This document shows, one piece after another, positions 29,901 to 44,800 of a stretch of 64,000 bases of DNA. Source of the stretch: Paragordius varius (taxonomy: Eukaryota; Animalia; Nematomorpha); assembly GCA_964247055.1 (NCBI GenBank), contig OZ176054.1, positions 2,790,001 through 2,854,000 of the forward strand, read 5' to 3'. Positions within the stretch are counted from its first letter, which is position 1. Every line of letters starts with the position of its first letter. The notes under the pieces are model-generated. The model had not been told where the DNA came from. It saw only the letters and a list, made by a program, of their open reading frames with translations, and made no database searches. The position numbers and the translations under genes are program-made.

Positions 29901-30006
29901 AATGTTTTGATCGACAGGGAAATCGTTTCGATTAACTAAGAAAACTTTCGATTGACTGGAAAACACGTTTCATCTAACTTGGAAAGCGTTTTGATTGACT
30001 GAGAAA
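29901..30006. repeat. Degenerate ~22-bp tandem repeat (GAAAA..GTTTCGATTGACT) x ~5
   Basis: Direct reading; lies just left of the hAT element. Confidence 0.65.
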
Positions 30007-30083
30007 ATGGTATAGTATTTGAGGTTAATATGTTCATCTTAAAATAAATTAAATTTTTTATAATTATTCTTTATGCTTAAGGC

Positions 30084-32011
30084 CAGCGGTACTCAAACCG
30101 CGGCCCGCGGGCCTCATGCGGCTCTAAGAGTGCTTTAGAATTGCCCTTGACCATATTGATACTTAAATTATTTTTTTTATTGATGAATTTTTAAAATACT
30201 CATAAACGAATTTTCGCATATTTTAATATTAATTTATTTTCTTTAGATTTAATTTTGGTAATTTTTATTTTTTACCCAATTTGAAATGTGGAATAATTTC
30301 CTTACATTTATATTATTCCAAAATTTTGGCACACGTTTCTCTTTCTGTATTCTATTTTCTTTTCTATTTTCAAATTTTTATTACGTTCCTTTTTGTATCC
30401 AAGCAAGCCTTTCACCCAAACTATATACATATTCTTTTCATTGCTATCCAGCATCTTTCAATAAGTCATTCCCATAAAATATTTTCAAATTAACATCATA
30501 AATGACCTGTTTTTTTAAACATAAATTGAAAGGATGACATCTAATGCTAAACGTGAATTATCCAATGAAAACGATACTTTAAAAAAGAATGGGAAGAAAA
30601 ATTCTTTGTCGTTTTAAATAAAAATGTGGTACCTGCCTTACATGACAACATGATTATAAAAAATACAATATTGAAAGACATTTTAAAATCCATCATTCTC
30701 ATAAATTACCAGAAAATCACGAGGAACGAAAAATTTAAAAAAAAGAAAAATCTATTATGTCCATAACTTTCTCCCAAAAAGCTGTAACATTAGCCTCGTA
30801 TGAAATTTGTTATATTTAAGAAAAAATATGAAACCGTTTACTGATTCCCAACTAATAAAAGAATGTCTAATAAATAGTTGCCTTTTTATCTCATATATTT
30901 CATAATAAAGATCAATTTATGAGGCAAATTAAAAACTTCAACTTTCAGATTCAACATGAGCTCGACGCATTGAAGATATGTCTAAATATATTAACAATCC
31001 GTGGCAGAGAATTCAACCGCAGTAAATTCAAAAACCTTCTGAAAGATATCCACAGTGAGTTTGATGATATTCTTTTGCCCACCGCTGTGAGATGGCTATG
31101 CCTTAGCATATTAAATAAATTGTGACATGATATTCTATTATTTATAAAACATAACAGAAAGTTGAGGAGGAAATTAATATCAAATGGTGGGTTTTATTAG
31201 CATACTTGCAACATAACATATAAACTTATATTTAATACAATTCAAGGGAACAAAATAAGAACCCAATTTACTTAACATTTGCTTTTAAAAAAAATATAAA
31301 CAAGATTTTATTAAAACTCATATTTTCCAACATTTAAAACGATTCATGAAGAAAATATGGAATTTACCTAGAGATTAATTTAATAATAGACAATCATTTA
31401 AGGTTCTTATCTAGTAAGATTAAATTCAGATTTCAAGAATTAAGAAATATTAAAAATTGCTTAAAACTCGTTGAAATCAATGGCATATGGATAAATCCAT
31501 TATTAAGCAACTTGAGCATTTCAGTTTTGATCAGGCGCATGTCATTGAAGTATTCGTAGATTTTAAAAATGATTACAATTTGGTGGTTATATTCAAGGGA
31601 ATCGTAGAGAAAAAAGATATGTAGAGTTTTGGCAAGATGTGCCAAATAAATATAAAATTGTGCCTAACTGCTTTTCCCTCAACTTACACGTGTGAGACGC
31701 CATATTCAAAAATGAACAGAAATCGCTTAACCGATGATCATATGGACGACGTATTAAAATTGGACTGTGAGGCTAAACCAAAAATTATTGGTTAATATCA
31801 AAATATATGTTGGTACCAAAATATTTTATTATTAAAGTGAGTTTTTAGCTGGTTTTCCCACGATCCTCAAAAATCCATTGTACTGATTTAGAGTATAGAT
31901 ATGTGCCTATTTTTCAAAAGCTATGGAATATTTGCCATTATAGGGTTCATGGCCCTCGAATCAAAAAATATATTTAATTTGGCCCGTCATTTTTTTTGGT
32001 GAGTACCACTG
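30084..32011 (+). mobile_element. Decayed hAT transposon (Buster/SPIN/Charlie-like) with transposase remnants
   Basis: TIR CAGCGGTACTCA / (rc) CAGTGGTACTCA; 8-bp TSD CTTAAGGC (30076-83) / CTTTAGGC (32012-19). Remnants include a BED-like KEWEE..F...KKYNIERHF..HH (~30570-30700), KFKNLLKDIHSEFDDILLPTAVRWL (ORF 30919-31125) and the dimerisation motif FPSTYTCETPYSKMNRNRLTDDH (~31675-31760). Frameshifted and internally deleted. Confidence 0.92.
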
Positions 32012-32875
32012 CTTTAGGCAATTATGAACCTGACAGATAACTTTACTTTTATATTTCCTAAATTTTTCGCTTTAAATTTAAAATTTATAGCTGAATTTTA
32101 TAGCTAATATGGAAATCTATCAAATATGATTAACACAATGCATCTAATCGACCTATAAAATATTATATAAATTGGGATAAAAGCATCAGGAGTGTATTTA
32201 TAAAGAGAAGTCAACCCGACGCAACTAAATAACTGTCACTGAACCACCATTGTCTGGTGTATGGAAGGGCAGCAAGGGACGTCTTTTGTGGATAGTGGCA
32301 ACGTGGGTCTACTACACCCTTTTCTTAATACACCTTGATATTTCAACCATTAAAATAATTGCTAAAAGTTGTTTGTTTCAAAGGTTAGTTATAATTAGCT
32401 GACAATATAAACAAGATTTAAGGTCCGTTTCAGAATTTATATTATAAAAACCTCTTAAATTAACTTTTATCTAAGAAATCTAATTTTATGACCGATAAAT
32501 TGATGTTATATTCCATATTAAAAGCATTTATCTTTTTGTAATTATATAATGGTTTTTACATCATTAATTTGTGAAAGTAAAAATTATATTTATATATATA
32601 ATAATATAAAATTATGTAAGGCAGCAACTATAATTTGCATACATATATTGAATTGATGTCATAGGAATTATAAAAAATGCGTAAAAACCCATATATTATA
32701 TTAAACATTCCTTATATCAATTATAAAGTCGCGGTTGTATTTGAATTATCACAAAAAAAGATATAAATATGTTTCATATATGTGGTGAATGTGCGTTTTT
32801 TAGCAAGAGCCCATATTTGTTGCAATTTATCTATAAAATTAATAATTTATATAATCATTTATGGATATAAAAAAT

Positions 32876-35800
32876 CTATTTTGATGATTTGATAGAAAGC
32901 GCATCTCGTAAAAGTTGTTCAACTTCGCTCAAATGTTGGAATTTATTTCCTGTAGCAGGGGCCGCTGCAACTTGTCTACCAATGTACCTAAAAAAATTTT
33001 TATGAAATATTAATTAAAAATTGACAAAACTAACACTAAGTGACAAACACTTTTTTGAGTGAAACATGGAAAAATAGAATATATTACTAAAAACTATATT
33101 TTAGATTTGTATATCCTGTCAAGGATTATTGGTCAGCGTAAAAAATAAAAACTTACCCGCACAAAAGTTCCTAAAAAACATAGAGCAGAGGCACGCTAAA
33201 TTTTAACTGTTCAAAATTTTCTTTCCTTAAACAAATTTAAAGCGGTTGGATCGAATTTTATTTTATAAAAAAAGTATAACTTGATAATTTTCTACAAATT
33301 TTTGACTTTTTTTAATTGATTCAGAAAATTTATATTATATAAAAGCAGGACATGCTGAAAAATTTTTTATTAAAGACAATATGTTATGGAACAAAAATGT
33401 TACAAAAGATCCCAATAGGTAAAAAAGTCCGCATAAAAAAGGTTTGACACTATCGATCAAGAATTATTATCATAAAAAAATTTGCAAAAAACGAAAAATT
33501 CGTAAAAACCTAATTGAACGTTCCTTTCTTAGGGCCGTTTTAACGCGAGGTGCGATATAATGCCATGCGCCCATATTTTTGGGTTCTTCTTGAACCCAAA
33601 CTAACTCTGCATTTGGATATTGACGCACTTGTTCTTCAATTAAATCATAAGGAAATGGAGCAATCTAAATAAACATATAGAGGATATGGTGCGATATCAA
33701 TTAAATAAAATAATCATAACATATAATACAAATATTTAAAATTTTATACAAAAATTCAAACTAAAATGGTTTTTAATAACGGATCCGATGAAACTTTTAA
33801 CAATATTAACCTTATTTCCCCTAATTATTTGGAATATTATATATTTTTGTTTTAAAAGAAATTAGCACGAATTTTGCTGTATATATGTATATATAAATAT
33901 ATATATATTTAACTATTTCAAATACCAAAGAACTGTAAAATATTAAACAAAATTTAAAACACACAATTCGTTATAATTGTTCTAAGTAAAAATGTAATAC
34001 ATTTAACAAAAGTATTTCAAAAAAATCTATAAAATTAAATAGCACCTGTTCTATCCGTGTTATAGCAATATCTGATTGTAAATTTTTGGCTTCACGTTCC
34101 AGTTCGAGGTCGTAATAAACTTTTCCAGTGCAAAGGATATGTTTTTTAACATTGTTTGGGTTGGAATGGGCTGGTCCTGCATCAGGGATGATGCGTTTAA
34201 ATTGTGTACCTTTACGATAGGCAACAAAAAATTAAGTTATAAATACTTAAGGATTTCATTAATATAAAATATTAGTAGAATTATAATCATTTCCAAATAT
34301 AATACAAACCTTCAATCATTTCATCAAAGCTTGATTTGGCTTTCGGATGTCGCAATAAACTCTTTGGCGTAAATATTATCAGCTAAAGGGTCAATAAAAT
34401 AAATTAAGTAATCGGAAAAAATATTCGAATGTTTATATGAATATATATATTAAAATGACCAAACAATTAAAATTATAAAATTACGCTCATTATTTTTATT
34501 GAGTTAATTAACACAAAAGCTTGGTGTAATTAATTTAATTTTTATAATACTTTATAAAAAAAAACTACCCTAAATTTTTTTTATAATTCAATTATAAAAA
34601 TCTTAAAATACTCTTCCAATAAAATAACTTAAGGGTAAATTTGTTACAGGTTTTCTGAAAGGCATAGCAATTTGTCTTCGAAGAATATGGAATAAATTTG
34701 ATGGAACTGTGCAATTCGCAATAATCCAATTGATATCGTGCAGTTGTTGTAAATCAAACATGGGATCTAAAGGCTTTAAATTCCCCCCCAAAAAAGAAAA
34801 ATTTTAAAATTTAGATTAATGCCAAAATTGTATTTTAGATTCTATGTCAGCATATGTACATAGAAAATCAAGTTTTAATTATAAAAAAATATATCAAAAT
34901 AATCCATAAAAATGTATGTAATATTAGTTGAAATTACTTACTTTACGTATTTTGTTTGTTTAAAAAACGAATATTTAAAATATTTTAGTTAAATAAAAAA
35001 ATATAATAAAAATTTTACCGGATAATAATCGGGATCATCATTACAAGATTGGAGGAAACGCTCCATGCGAGCGCTAGAGTGTTCGGGTCCCATACCCTCA
35101 TACCCATGAGGCAGTAACATTACTAAACCTACATTTAATTTTTAAAATTAGCCATGAAAGATGGTAATTTATGCCAAAAAAGTAAACTTCTAAGAGTTTT
35201 ACTAATAAAAATAGAATTTTCTCAAATAAAATTTTTTATTTTTCAATTCAATCGTAATGTCGGCAAATTTACTAAATATGTAAACCTACCAGTAAAGGCT
35301 ATTTTTATTAAAAGTCATCAATTTATATTTTTTCGAATCGTTTTTCAGCAAACAAAAAATTTATTCCACATTTCTTCCCATTTTTTTTTATTTTTTAAAC
35401 CTTTTTTAAGTTAATTACAATCGAATTCAAAACAATTGGATGTAAAAAAATACCAGATTGTCTAACCCATTTAGCTTGACCACAACTTATAAATTGATCT
35501 ATAATGCATTGAGCAGTATTGTTGAAATCTCCAAATTGGGCTTCCCACATAACCAAAGATTTTGGATTCGTTAGCGAATATCCAAGTTCAAAACCTAAGA
35601 AATAATTTAATATGATAAAAAGAAACAATTCAATTCATTTTACAGAAAAATGAAATTTATAAAGTTAAAATGTGAAAACCCAAAAACAAATATTCTTTAT
35701 AAAGGTTATATTAAAAAGATATGTATGGCTCTCATTACCAAAAAATATTTCTCTTTTAAATTTATCTATAAAATCCAATTTTTACCGTAACTTAAAAGTT

Positions 35801-38800
35801 GAAAGAAAAATTATATTTTTGCATAAGGCATACCCAAAACAGCATATTCCGAAAGTGAGCTATTACAAACCGTGTATGGAGGTTGATTTGGCCACAAATT
35901 TTGCAGCGGTACAATAGTAAGTTTGTCCCGTTTTTGATCATGTAGAACGTGGTGTCGATGACTATGCAATAAAATGTGGATATATTGGTAAAAGTTCAAA
36001 AACTTTTAAAATTTGAAAGAAATTTATTTTTCTAATTTTAAAACTTATATATTTTTAAACTCTTTTGTTCTATCGATAGATATATATGGTGGTATTTTTT
36101 CAATTTTATGTATGCTATAAAGATTCTGTGTAAATAAATGTTTACAAACTTGTAAACATGGTAGGTTATGATTTAAAATAAAGTTAAAATCCAAAAATGA
36201 CCAATTTAATATTACTTATTAATTTAATAAATTTTGTTGAAATGATTTCAATTTTTACTTACTTACTTACTATATTCACAAATAAACTTCACATTTTGAA
36301 ACAAAAAAATAGAAAATAAGATTTTAAAAAAACTAACCTAAAAGTCCCACGTTCCACATCCTGCCCACTAAGTCTCACGTGAGCCCCGTCCTTAAGTATT
36401 GAACCGTAAGCAAATGCTTCAGCTATCGCCCAATCCGCCGTTCTTTCTGCAATCATTTGAGCGCGTTGTTTAAGGATTCGTTTTAGACCTGTGTAAAGTT
36501 GTTGTCATGTGACAAAGAAAGAAATTTTAAAAAGGGCCAATTTTATTTAAAGCTGTAATCAAATTTTTTTATAATCCAGTTAATTATAATTTTATGAGGC
36601 CACCTTATTTTTGCTATATGACTGCTATAATTAGAGTTGTTAGATACAAGTTTAAATATATAACATTCAGGGCCCATCAACCCCATATCAAACAATTTTA
36701 TTCATATATAGGTTATATAGAAAATAAATGTATATTATTTATATCTCAAATTGACCCTAAAAATAAATTGTGTTTTTGAGATGATATAACTCTTAATTAA
36801 TATGAGATATTTATTTAAGGCATAGTTTATTATTTTTTCCTATATTATGTTAATTTTGAACGAAATTTTCATTTTTTATATACATAAAAATACAGGTAAT
36901 ATGTGATTTTCAAAAACTCATAATTAAGGGTGAATGGTAAATTTGAGGTGTAAATGGTAAAAAAAACTAAAATTACTTTATATTTACGGTTTTTAAATTT
37001 TACTTTAATATATGATGTGTAGAGAGTAGTCAATATTGTTAGTATGTTAATAATTTCATTCTTTTTGCAAAATCACTTAATTTTTCAAACGCTCAAAAAA
37101 GATTGCCCAAATTAAACAAATCTTTCCGATAGATCAAGACAAGACATATTAGCAAAAAATGTAAACTCTTAACCATTAGATAAACGTCAAAAACAATTTA
37201 TTTATTTTTTTCAACAAGCATAAGGTCGTTGTCTTAGCAACAGCTTTCGAAAAAGTTTGAAACAATTTATTTATAGAATATTAATTAATGTCAAACATAT
37301 TCTTACTAAACATATCCTCAAATTTTAAAAATACACTGATAAAAAACATACCATTGTGTAGCGTAAAAGGTGCATCGGGTATATGTGAAAAACGTTCTCC
37401 AATATATGCCAATAAGGATTCAGGAACGCCTGTAGCAGGTGTTTTAAGTGGATCTTTGCCTTGGAAAAATCCTAAATTAATATTTAAAGAAAAAAAATCT
37501 AAAGACAAAACGTAATGAAAAACTACAAGATAAATTTTTTTAATAAAATAAAAAAATATTTTTTATCATTAATAAATATAAAGATCTATTTTGTGAATCA
37601 ATTGAAACTTCATGATGTTAAAAAGTATGGTTATATTAAAAAATCAATGTTTAAAAAAGGGTCATAAAAAAACATTACACTGTTAATATAAGTTTTGTCT
37701 TTTTAAATTCAATTTTACTTAGTGAAAAATAATAAATAAATTAAAATAGGATTTATATTTCAAATTTAAATTTATGAAAAATATTACCTTCCCAAGGCGA
37801 ATCAATCCATTGTGTATGTTTAATTTTGGTTATGCCTTTGACTGTGTTGTGTGAGCCCTCGCAAATCTTTTTATACTCATCTTTTTCAGTCTAACGTAGT
37901 AAAGAAGCAAAAAAAATTTATGGTAAAAATTAAAAATTATAATGAACACATAAATAAAAGCAAATATTTTTTTGAAAAAGATTAGTAAAAACTTAAACTT
38001 TGATTTTTCCATAAAAAATAATAGTTACACTTTTAAAAAATGTAATTGAGTGAGTTATACCAATTTATATCTCATTTTCCATTTTGCAATCCACTAAACT
38101 GAGTTAAGGTCCAAAAATATGATTTTATACTATAAATTTATCAGCCTTTTTATTTTTATGTTTAAAATTCAAATTTTACCCAATTTTATAACATGCTTTT
38201 GTGAAGAGTATTATAAACCTCAAAATTCCACACGATAGTTAAGTTATACCAAGGTTAAGATACAGAATATTCTCTTGTGAATATTATCTATCATCTTTTA
38301 TATTTTTCTGTTTTTATAGCTATAATAATTGCATTTTTGTAAAAAGTAGGGTATTAAAAGTAGGACCTCAATATCATGTTGACTAACTATGCCCTGAGAT
38401 ATGAGCCTTTTCCCATAAATATCCAATTGTCGGGGGTGTTTTCGGATTTTTTGGTACATGAGCGGTTGCGTAAACGAAGGTTCATCCACTTCATTATGAC
38501 CATGTAAACGATAACAAATCTAAACACAAAAAAGAAAAGAAAAGAAATAAAGATATAAATACCATTTACAGTTCAAATTCACCCTCGAACAATTCAAATT
38601 CACCCTTGAACAATTTAAATTCACCCTTGAACAATTCAAATTCACCCTTGAACAATTCAAAATTCACCCTTGAACAATTCAAATTCACCCTAAAAATTAA
38701 TTATGAAACTTCGGTCTAATATAACTCATTATTAAAATTAAATATATTTTTATGGCAAAGTTTATTATTTTTTCAGTATTATTTTGATTACATACAAAAT

Positions 38801-41800
38801 TTCTTTTTTTATAAATATAAAAAATATAGGTAATATATAATCTTAATGAACACATAATTTATTTTAGGGTGAATTTGAATTGTTCGAAGGTGAATTTGAA
38901 TTGTTCAAGGGTGAATTTGAATTGTTTAAAGGTGAATTTGAATAAATGGTATATTCAAAAATATTTAATAAGCCGTAAAAGGCATTGATTATATATGAAG
39001 AAAAGAGTAGTTTTGGTGAGATAGATGAATATGAAAAAAAAAACATTTTTTTATATATTACATAATACTTAAATTATTATTATAAAATTATTATTGACAA
39101 ATTAAATGTAAAAAAACAATGCTTAATTAACTCCCCCCTATCTAAACTTTATAAAAAATTCGGCAAAACACTTTTAACATATAATTTAATTTTGATCCCT
39201 ACAAAAAAATGTGTGAAATAATAATTGGATATCCAATTTTAAAGAATGTTTATAGAAATTAAATATTTTGACCCTTAAATCAAGAATTTTTAATCATATT
39301 AATTCAACCTTAATATAGATATTTTAATCCTTGAATATTTCTAAAACATCCAAAATGATTATATAAAATATATGTTGACCCCTTAATAAATTTTTTTAAA
39401 ACGTACAAAAATAGCAAAAGCTATAAATTAACCCACAAAAATTTAACCAAATTAAAATTTTATTAATTAATATATATAAATAAATACTTTTTCACTCGTA
39501 ATTTTAAATTATTTATTACGACCCTTCTCTTTACCAAAGTTAAAAAAAGCTTTTTGCAAATAATATTTTGACCCCGAACCATATATTTTACAAAAAAGCA
39601 TTCAAAGATTTTCAAAATGTGTTAATTTTTAAAATATCTCAGCAAAATTTTCAACCAAAAAACAAATTAATCATTTTTTAACAAAATCTCCAAAACTATC
39701 TCCAAAACTCTCCAATATAAATGCTTTTTGACCCCTAAATCAAAACTAGTCAACCCACCCCCCCCCCCAAAAAAAAGTTAAACCCCAAATTAAGTTGTTT
39801 AAAATTAAATTTATATACCAAATCAATGACGACATCTTTACCAAACGTGTATCGCCATTCAGAAGCAACTTTGCAGACATAAGTAACAGCCTCAACATCA
39901 TCTGCATTAACGTGAAATATTGGGGCATTTACTACCCTAGCCACGTCTGTACAGTAGGGTGAACTACGGGCTACTCTGGGATCCGTAGTAAATCCAATCT
40001 AAAAGTAATAAAATCAAATTTTAGTGCATGTTAAAAAAAACCGTTTACACCTGAATAAATGATAAATCTCCCTCTAATATTTAAAGACATGGTAAAAATT
40101 GAAGTTATACACAGGCATAAAACGTAAAAACGTAAAGACAAATATTTACTATCAAAAGACGCACGCTTTTAAACCATAATTTTTTCTACATAAATTACTT
40201 AATTACAATCGCAAAATAATTGATTGTTTGTTACCGTTTTGCATTTCTATTTCATACTTTACAGATTAAAATAAAGAGTTATATTTTTGATATATAAAAA
40301 GTTAAAAAGTAAAGCGGTTAAAATATTTATTTTTATATTTTTGTTTTGTCCCTATAATTTCCATTTTACTGTAATTTGGAATATATAAATGCAAATAAAA
40401 TTAAAGTTTTAGCGGTAACTTATATATATTTAAAACAAAAACAATATTTTATATTGATTGATCCTGCTAAAACTTGCATTAATTTCCCCGTTAATTGAAA
40501 AAATTGAGACTAAAAAAAAATCATTTTACATTCATAAAAGATGGCCTAAAAATGTTAATTGGCTATGTAAAAAGAAATGGTTTAAGCCCCTCTAAATATT
40601 AAGACCCTTGTTTTATTAGACAATTCCGCATACAAATACAAAATTAAAAATTATAGATGAATGCCATGGATATAAATGAATATACTTTAAAATTGATATT
40701 AATGGCAATTTAATAAGTTTTAGGAATAATTATTGATTCATATAAAAGGCAGAGTTTTATTACTTATAAAAAATACGAAGCTATAATTTACCAATATACC
40801 TAAAAAATCATGCCTTAGGAACATAAAAAAGTGATATATAAATTAAAAAAAATAAGCTAAATGTATTCTCAAACCTGATTATTAATAATTATGTGGATGG
40901 TTCCTTTCGTCGTGTAATTTGGAAGTTCACTCAAATGAAATGTTTCATAAACTACCCCTTGGCCAGCAAAAGCGGCATCTCCATGTAATAAAATGCTCAT
41001 AACCTATTATTAAATTAAAAATTAAGAATTAAACAACAATTTTTTATAATAATTTTAAATAATATATAGATAAAAAAACGAAATATATTAAAAATGACAT
41101 CGTAATTAATAAATTAAAATATAAGATTATTAACAAAAGTAAAAATTATAATCAATAAGTTTAAAATAGTTTAAAACATTTGACAACCTTTTTTCCATGC
41201 GTATCACCCCGATAAAATTGTTCTGAATAAGTTTTTCCTTGTACAACGGCGTCGACAGCTATAATTATATTAAAATAGGGTAAAAAATCACCTTTAAATA
41301 TATTTGTCAATAAATTTTGTATGGTCAAAATGACATAAAACAAAAACTATTATAAAAATATAATAATATAAAGCAAAAGTTTATTCTTAATAAAAAGCCC
41401 CAGATCAGTTAGGAGTTAATCAAATTGTTTGAAAACTTAATTTATTAAAAGCAGCCTATATTTGGGTATTACGGAATAATTAAAAATAATTAAATTAATG
41501 GTTTCTTAAACCATATTTAAGTTATATAAAAAAATAAGGGTTTTAGAAAAAAAATGAGCCTTTCACTTTTTGTTTTACAGCTTTATACTAAAAATTTTTG
41601 ACTTTAGCTTTAGTTAATTTAAGGCATATCATTTGAAACTTTAGTGTAAAAGTACTAAATAAAAATTTATTACCCTCCAAGTGACTAGGATTAGCAACTA
41701 CCGATATACGAATCTTTTTCCCATTTATACGATTAATACGTTCATGAGACATTCCCAAATGATATTTTACATCACCAGAACCCTGAGATAAATATAATTT

Positions 41801-44800
41801 AAGGTGTCTAAGAAAAAATCTAATTTATAGAAAAAATCTAATTTATTTCAAAAATATATCAAAGCATAAAAAAATTATATGGATTCCTATCTGTTCATGA
41901 CCTAATTAATTAAAATAATACTTTGCCTATTTGATCAATCTTAATTTTTTGAAATAATTATTTTATAATGGTGTTTGGATAGTTAATAGGGGGTTTTTAC
42001 ATAACCACAAACTAGTAAGTTTTTGAGAAGGCTTGCTTAACTTTAAACGATTATTACCTAAAAATTAGGGTTTTAGTGAATTATCGAAAAAAACATGGGT
42101 ATCATCATAAGCTAATTGATTTATATAATGCTCGATTCGAATTGGAGTATCTAAACACTCCAGACTTAATTTAAGTTAAATTTTTAACAAAATACTGAAG
42201 GAAATGGTCCCAATTTAAAATGCTTCTATCCTAAAAAAAATTATATAAATAAGCCAAAATATCTAAATAAAATTTCGTTTTTGGAAAAAAGCATGTAAAA
42301 CAACTTCGACACCATTTTTATTTTACAAAATTTTTTGCAAAATATAGTCTTTGTGCAATTTTAAAGATAAAATTAAATCTAATTTTTTGTTTAAATTACA
42401 TCTAACATATAGAAATAGAAAAAGTAGTTTATTTTTTATTATTTCTCAATTTTACCATTGCACACATGTCACAAAATCAGTAATATCAAGTATTTTTGAA
42501 TTTCTATATATTTCGGTTTATTATTGTTATATAAATGCAAAATTTTGCCATAGTTTCAAAGTTCCATATTTTTTAACAATTTAATTTTTAATAGGCCTGG
42601 GGTATCCAACTACCCCAATTTGAATTGAAGGACTAATAAGATGAATGTTTTGTATACAAGTGCTAATACAGGGTATTTTAGATAAAAAAAATTCTCATAA
42701 AAATTTGTATTTACTTCATCCGATGCTTCAAGGGTTTGAAATTGGGAAAATATGGCTTCCAATGGTTGTCGACAAACATTTGCTAGTACATTGAGTCGAC
42801 CTCTATAAAATTATAAATAATTATATTCATATTAAGTATATATATATTCCATGCCTAAATATAATAATCTTTTGTCAAAACAAGGCAACACTTAAAAAAA
42901 TAACAAAATTGGGTGGAGTGAATAAAAAAAAGGAAACACTCTTTCCTTAGCTTTTTTAAAAGATTCCTTAATTTGGAGTGAATAAAAAGCTAAGGAAACC
43001 CTAAAAAAATTAACATTAGATTTTTAAGGAAACACTTGTTTTTAAGTGAATAAATATATTAAAGGAAACCCTACATATTTTTTAGGATGCTAAATACCAT
43101 CCTTAAATATTTATAAATTTTATAACAATCGATAGTAGAGGATCAAACAAGGCAATTAGAGCTAATACGGTTTTGATATTAGATTCGATAAGTTTAAATT
43201 TCAATTTTCAAAGTTATTTTTATATATTTTAGATTTTTCTAGTATATTTGGAATACAATGTAGTAAATGTTTGCTCAACGATCTTAGATAAGAAACAAAT
43301 AAACATATAAAATATGCATGAGAATCAATTATCTATAAAACTAATTCTATGATTTAATAATCAAACAATAAACTTTATGACAAAATACTTTTCCCTGATT
43401 TCGATTAAAGAAGAGGAAGTTCTGAGGCGAAAAAATAAGAATTTTTTTAAGATTTGCCGCAGATCCCGGGAATCAAATTACTATTAAGCTAGTTTTTGGG
43501 GTAAACATTTTAACAAATCTCATTTCTTTTTGTATGCAGGCCTCAAAAATTTAAAGTCAATCAGTTTTTTATGTGATTCTTGTCAAATGAAAATTTGTAT
43601 AAAAACTATTATTTTATCATAAAAAAAATGTATAAATAAACTTTAATCTATTTATTATTTAATATCATAAAATGTGATTTAGATTGTCATAATAATTGAA
43701 AAATTCTTCCGATTCTGTGCGATCTTTAGAATTTAGAAAAATTTTCTCCGATTTCGTGCGATCTTTTATGACAACGTTTCCTGTATTATTTAATATATTT
43801 TTTTGATTGAAGTTTTCATATCTATCGCTATATCTGATCAATCTCATAATAATTTTTTGTTTGTCAACAAATCATTTTGTAGATTTTTATAAGCTTCTTT
43901 TTTTGAAATTACAATATACGGTACCATAGATTTGTTTAAAACTATGGGATATCTAAAATATTAAATATTATACTTTGCAAGAAGAAGTCTTAATTTTTCT
44001 TTAGGTACATTTATATCGGTTTTAGGCATGGTTTAAGGAAACTCGAGAGTTAATCAGATGTGTTTTTTATGTGAATTATAAGGAAACCCTTTCTTTGAAA
44101 AAGTGAGCATAGGAAACACTTAAAGGGTTTCCTTTTTTTTATTCACTCCACCCATTGTTTATAATTTTATATTTGGATAAAAATGATAAAAACTTTTATA
44201 ACAACCAAACTAAAGTGGGTGGAATAAAATGATCAAAAACAATCAACATTTAATTTTTAGACCAAAAACTTTAAAAAATAATTTACGGGGTTAAAAAATT
44301 ATTAAAGGTATAATAACAGTAATAAGAATGTATAAAAAATAAATGTTGAGGGATAATATTAATCATTAAGTTGAATTGTATGGGGATTATATCATACAAT
44401 AAAGCGATCTAAATATATTTTCCTGCTTAAAAAAACTAACCAAAATTTTATTTTACCTGTGAGGCATTCCAATAACAATATTTTCCACACCTAGTGAAGT
44501 GGATGTATCAATAATTTGTTTCATCCCAGGAATTAGGACTTCACACCCCTCTAACCCGAAACGCTTTTCAGACGGATATTTTTTCTCCAAAAATTCTTCA
44601 AAACTAAATAAATCATCAAAAAATAAAAATCTCATATAATTTCGAGGTTAGAACCGTATAGAGTTAATTATTTAAGGCTCCGGGGTTACATATAAATTTT
44701 TTAAAAGAACGGTAAGACAAAACCACATTTGCGTTTTTTTTTGCACAAAAGATTAATTTTTATGGCTTTATTGAAACAAATACTCTAATTTCGGTTATTT

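Noticed and set aside
38570-38690. Regular 21-bp direct repeats resembling a CRISPR array
   Set aside because: No unique spacers, eukaryotic intron context, and the repeats are mirrored at the other end of a TIR element.
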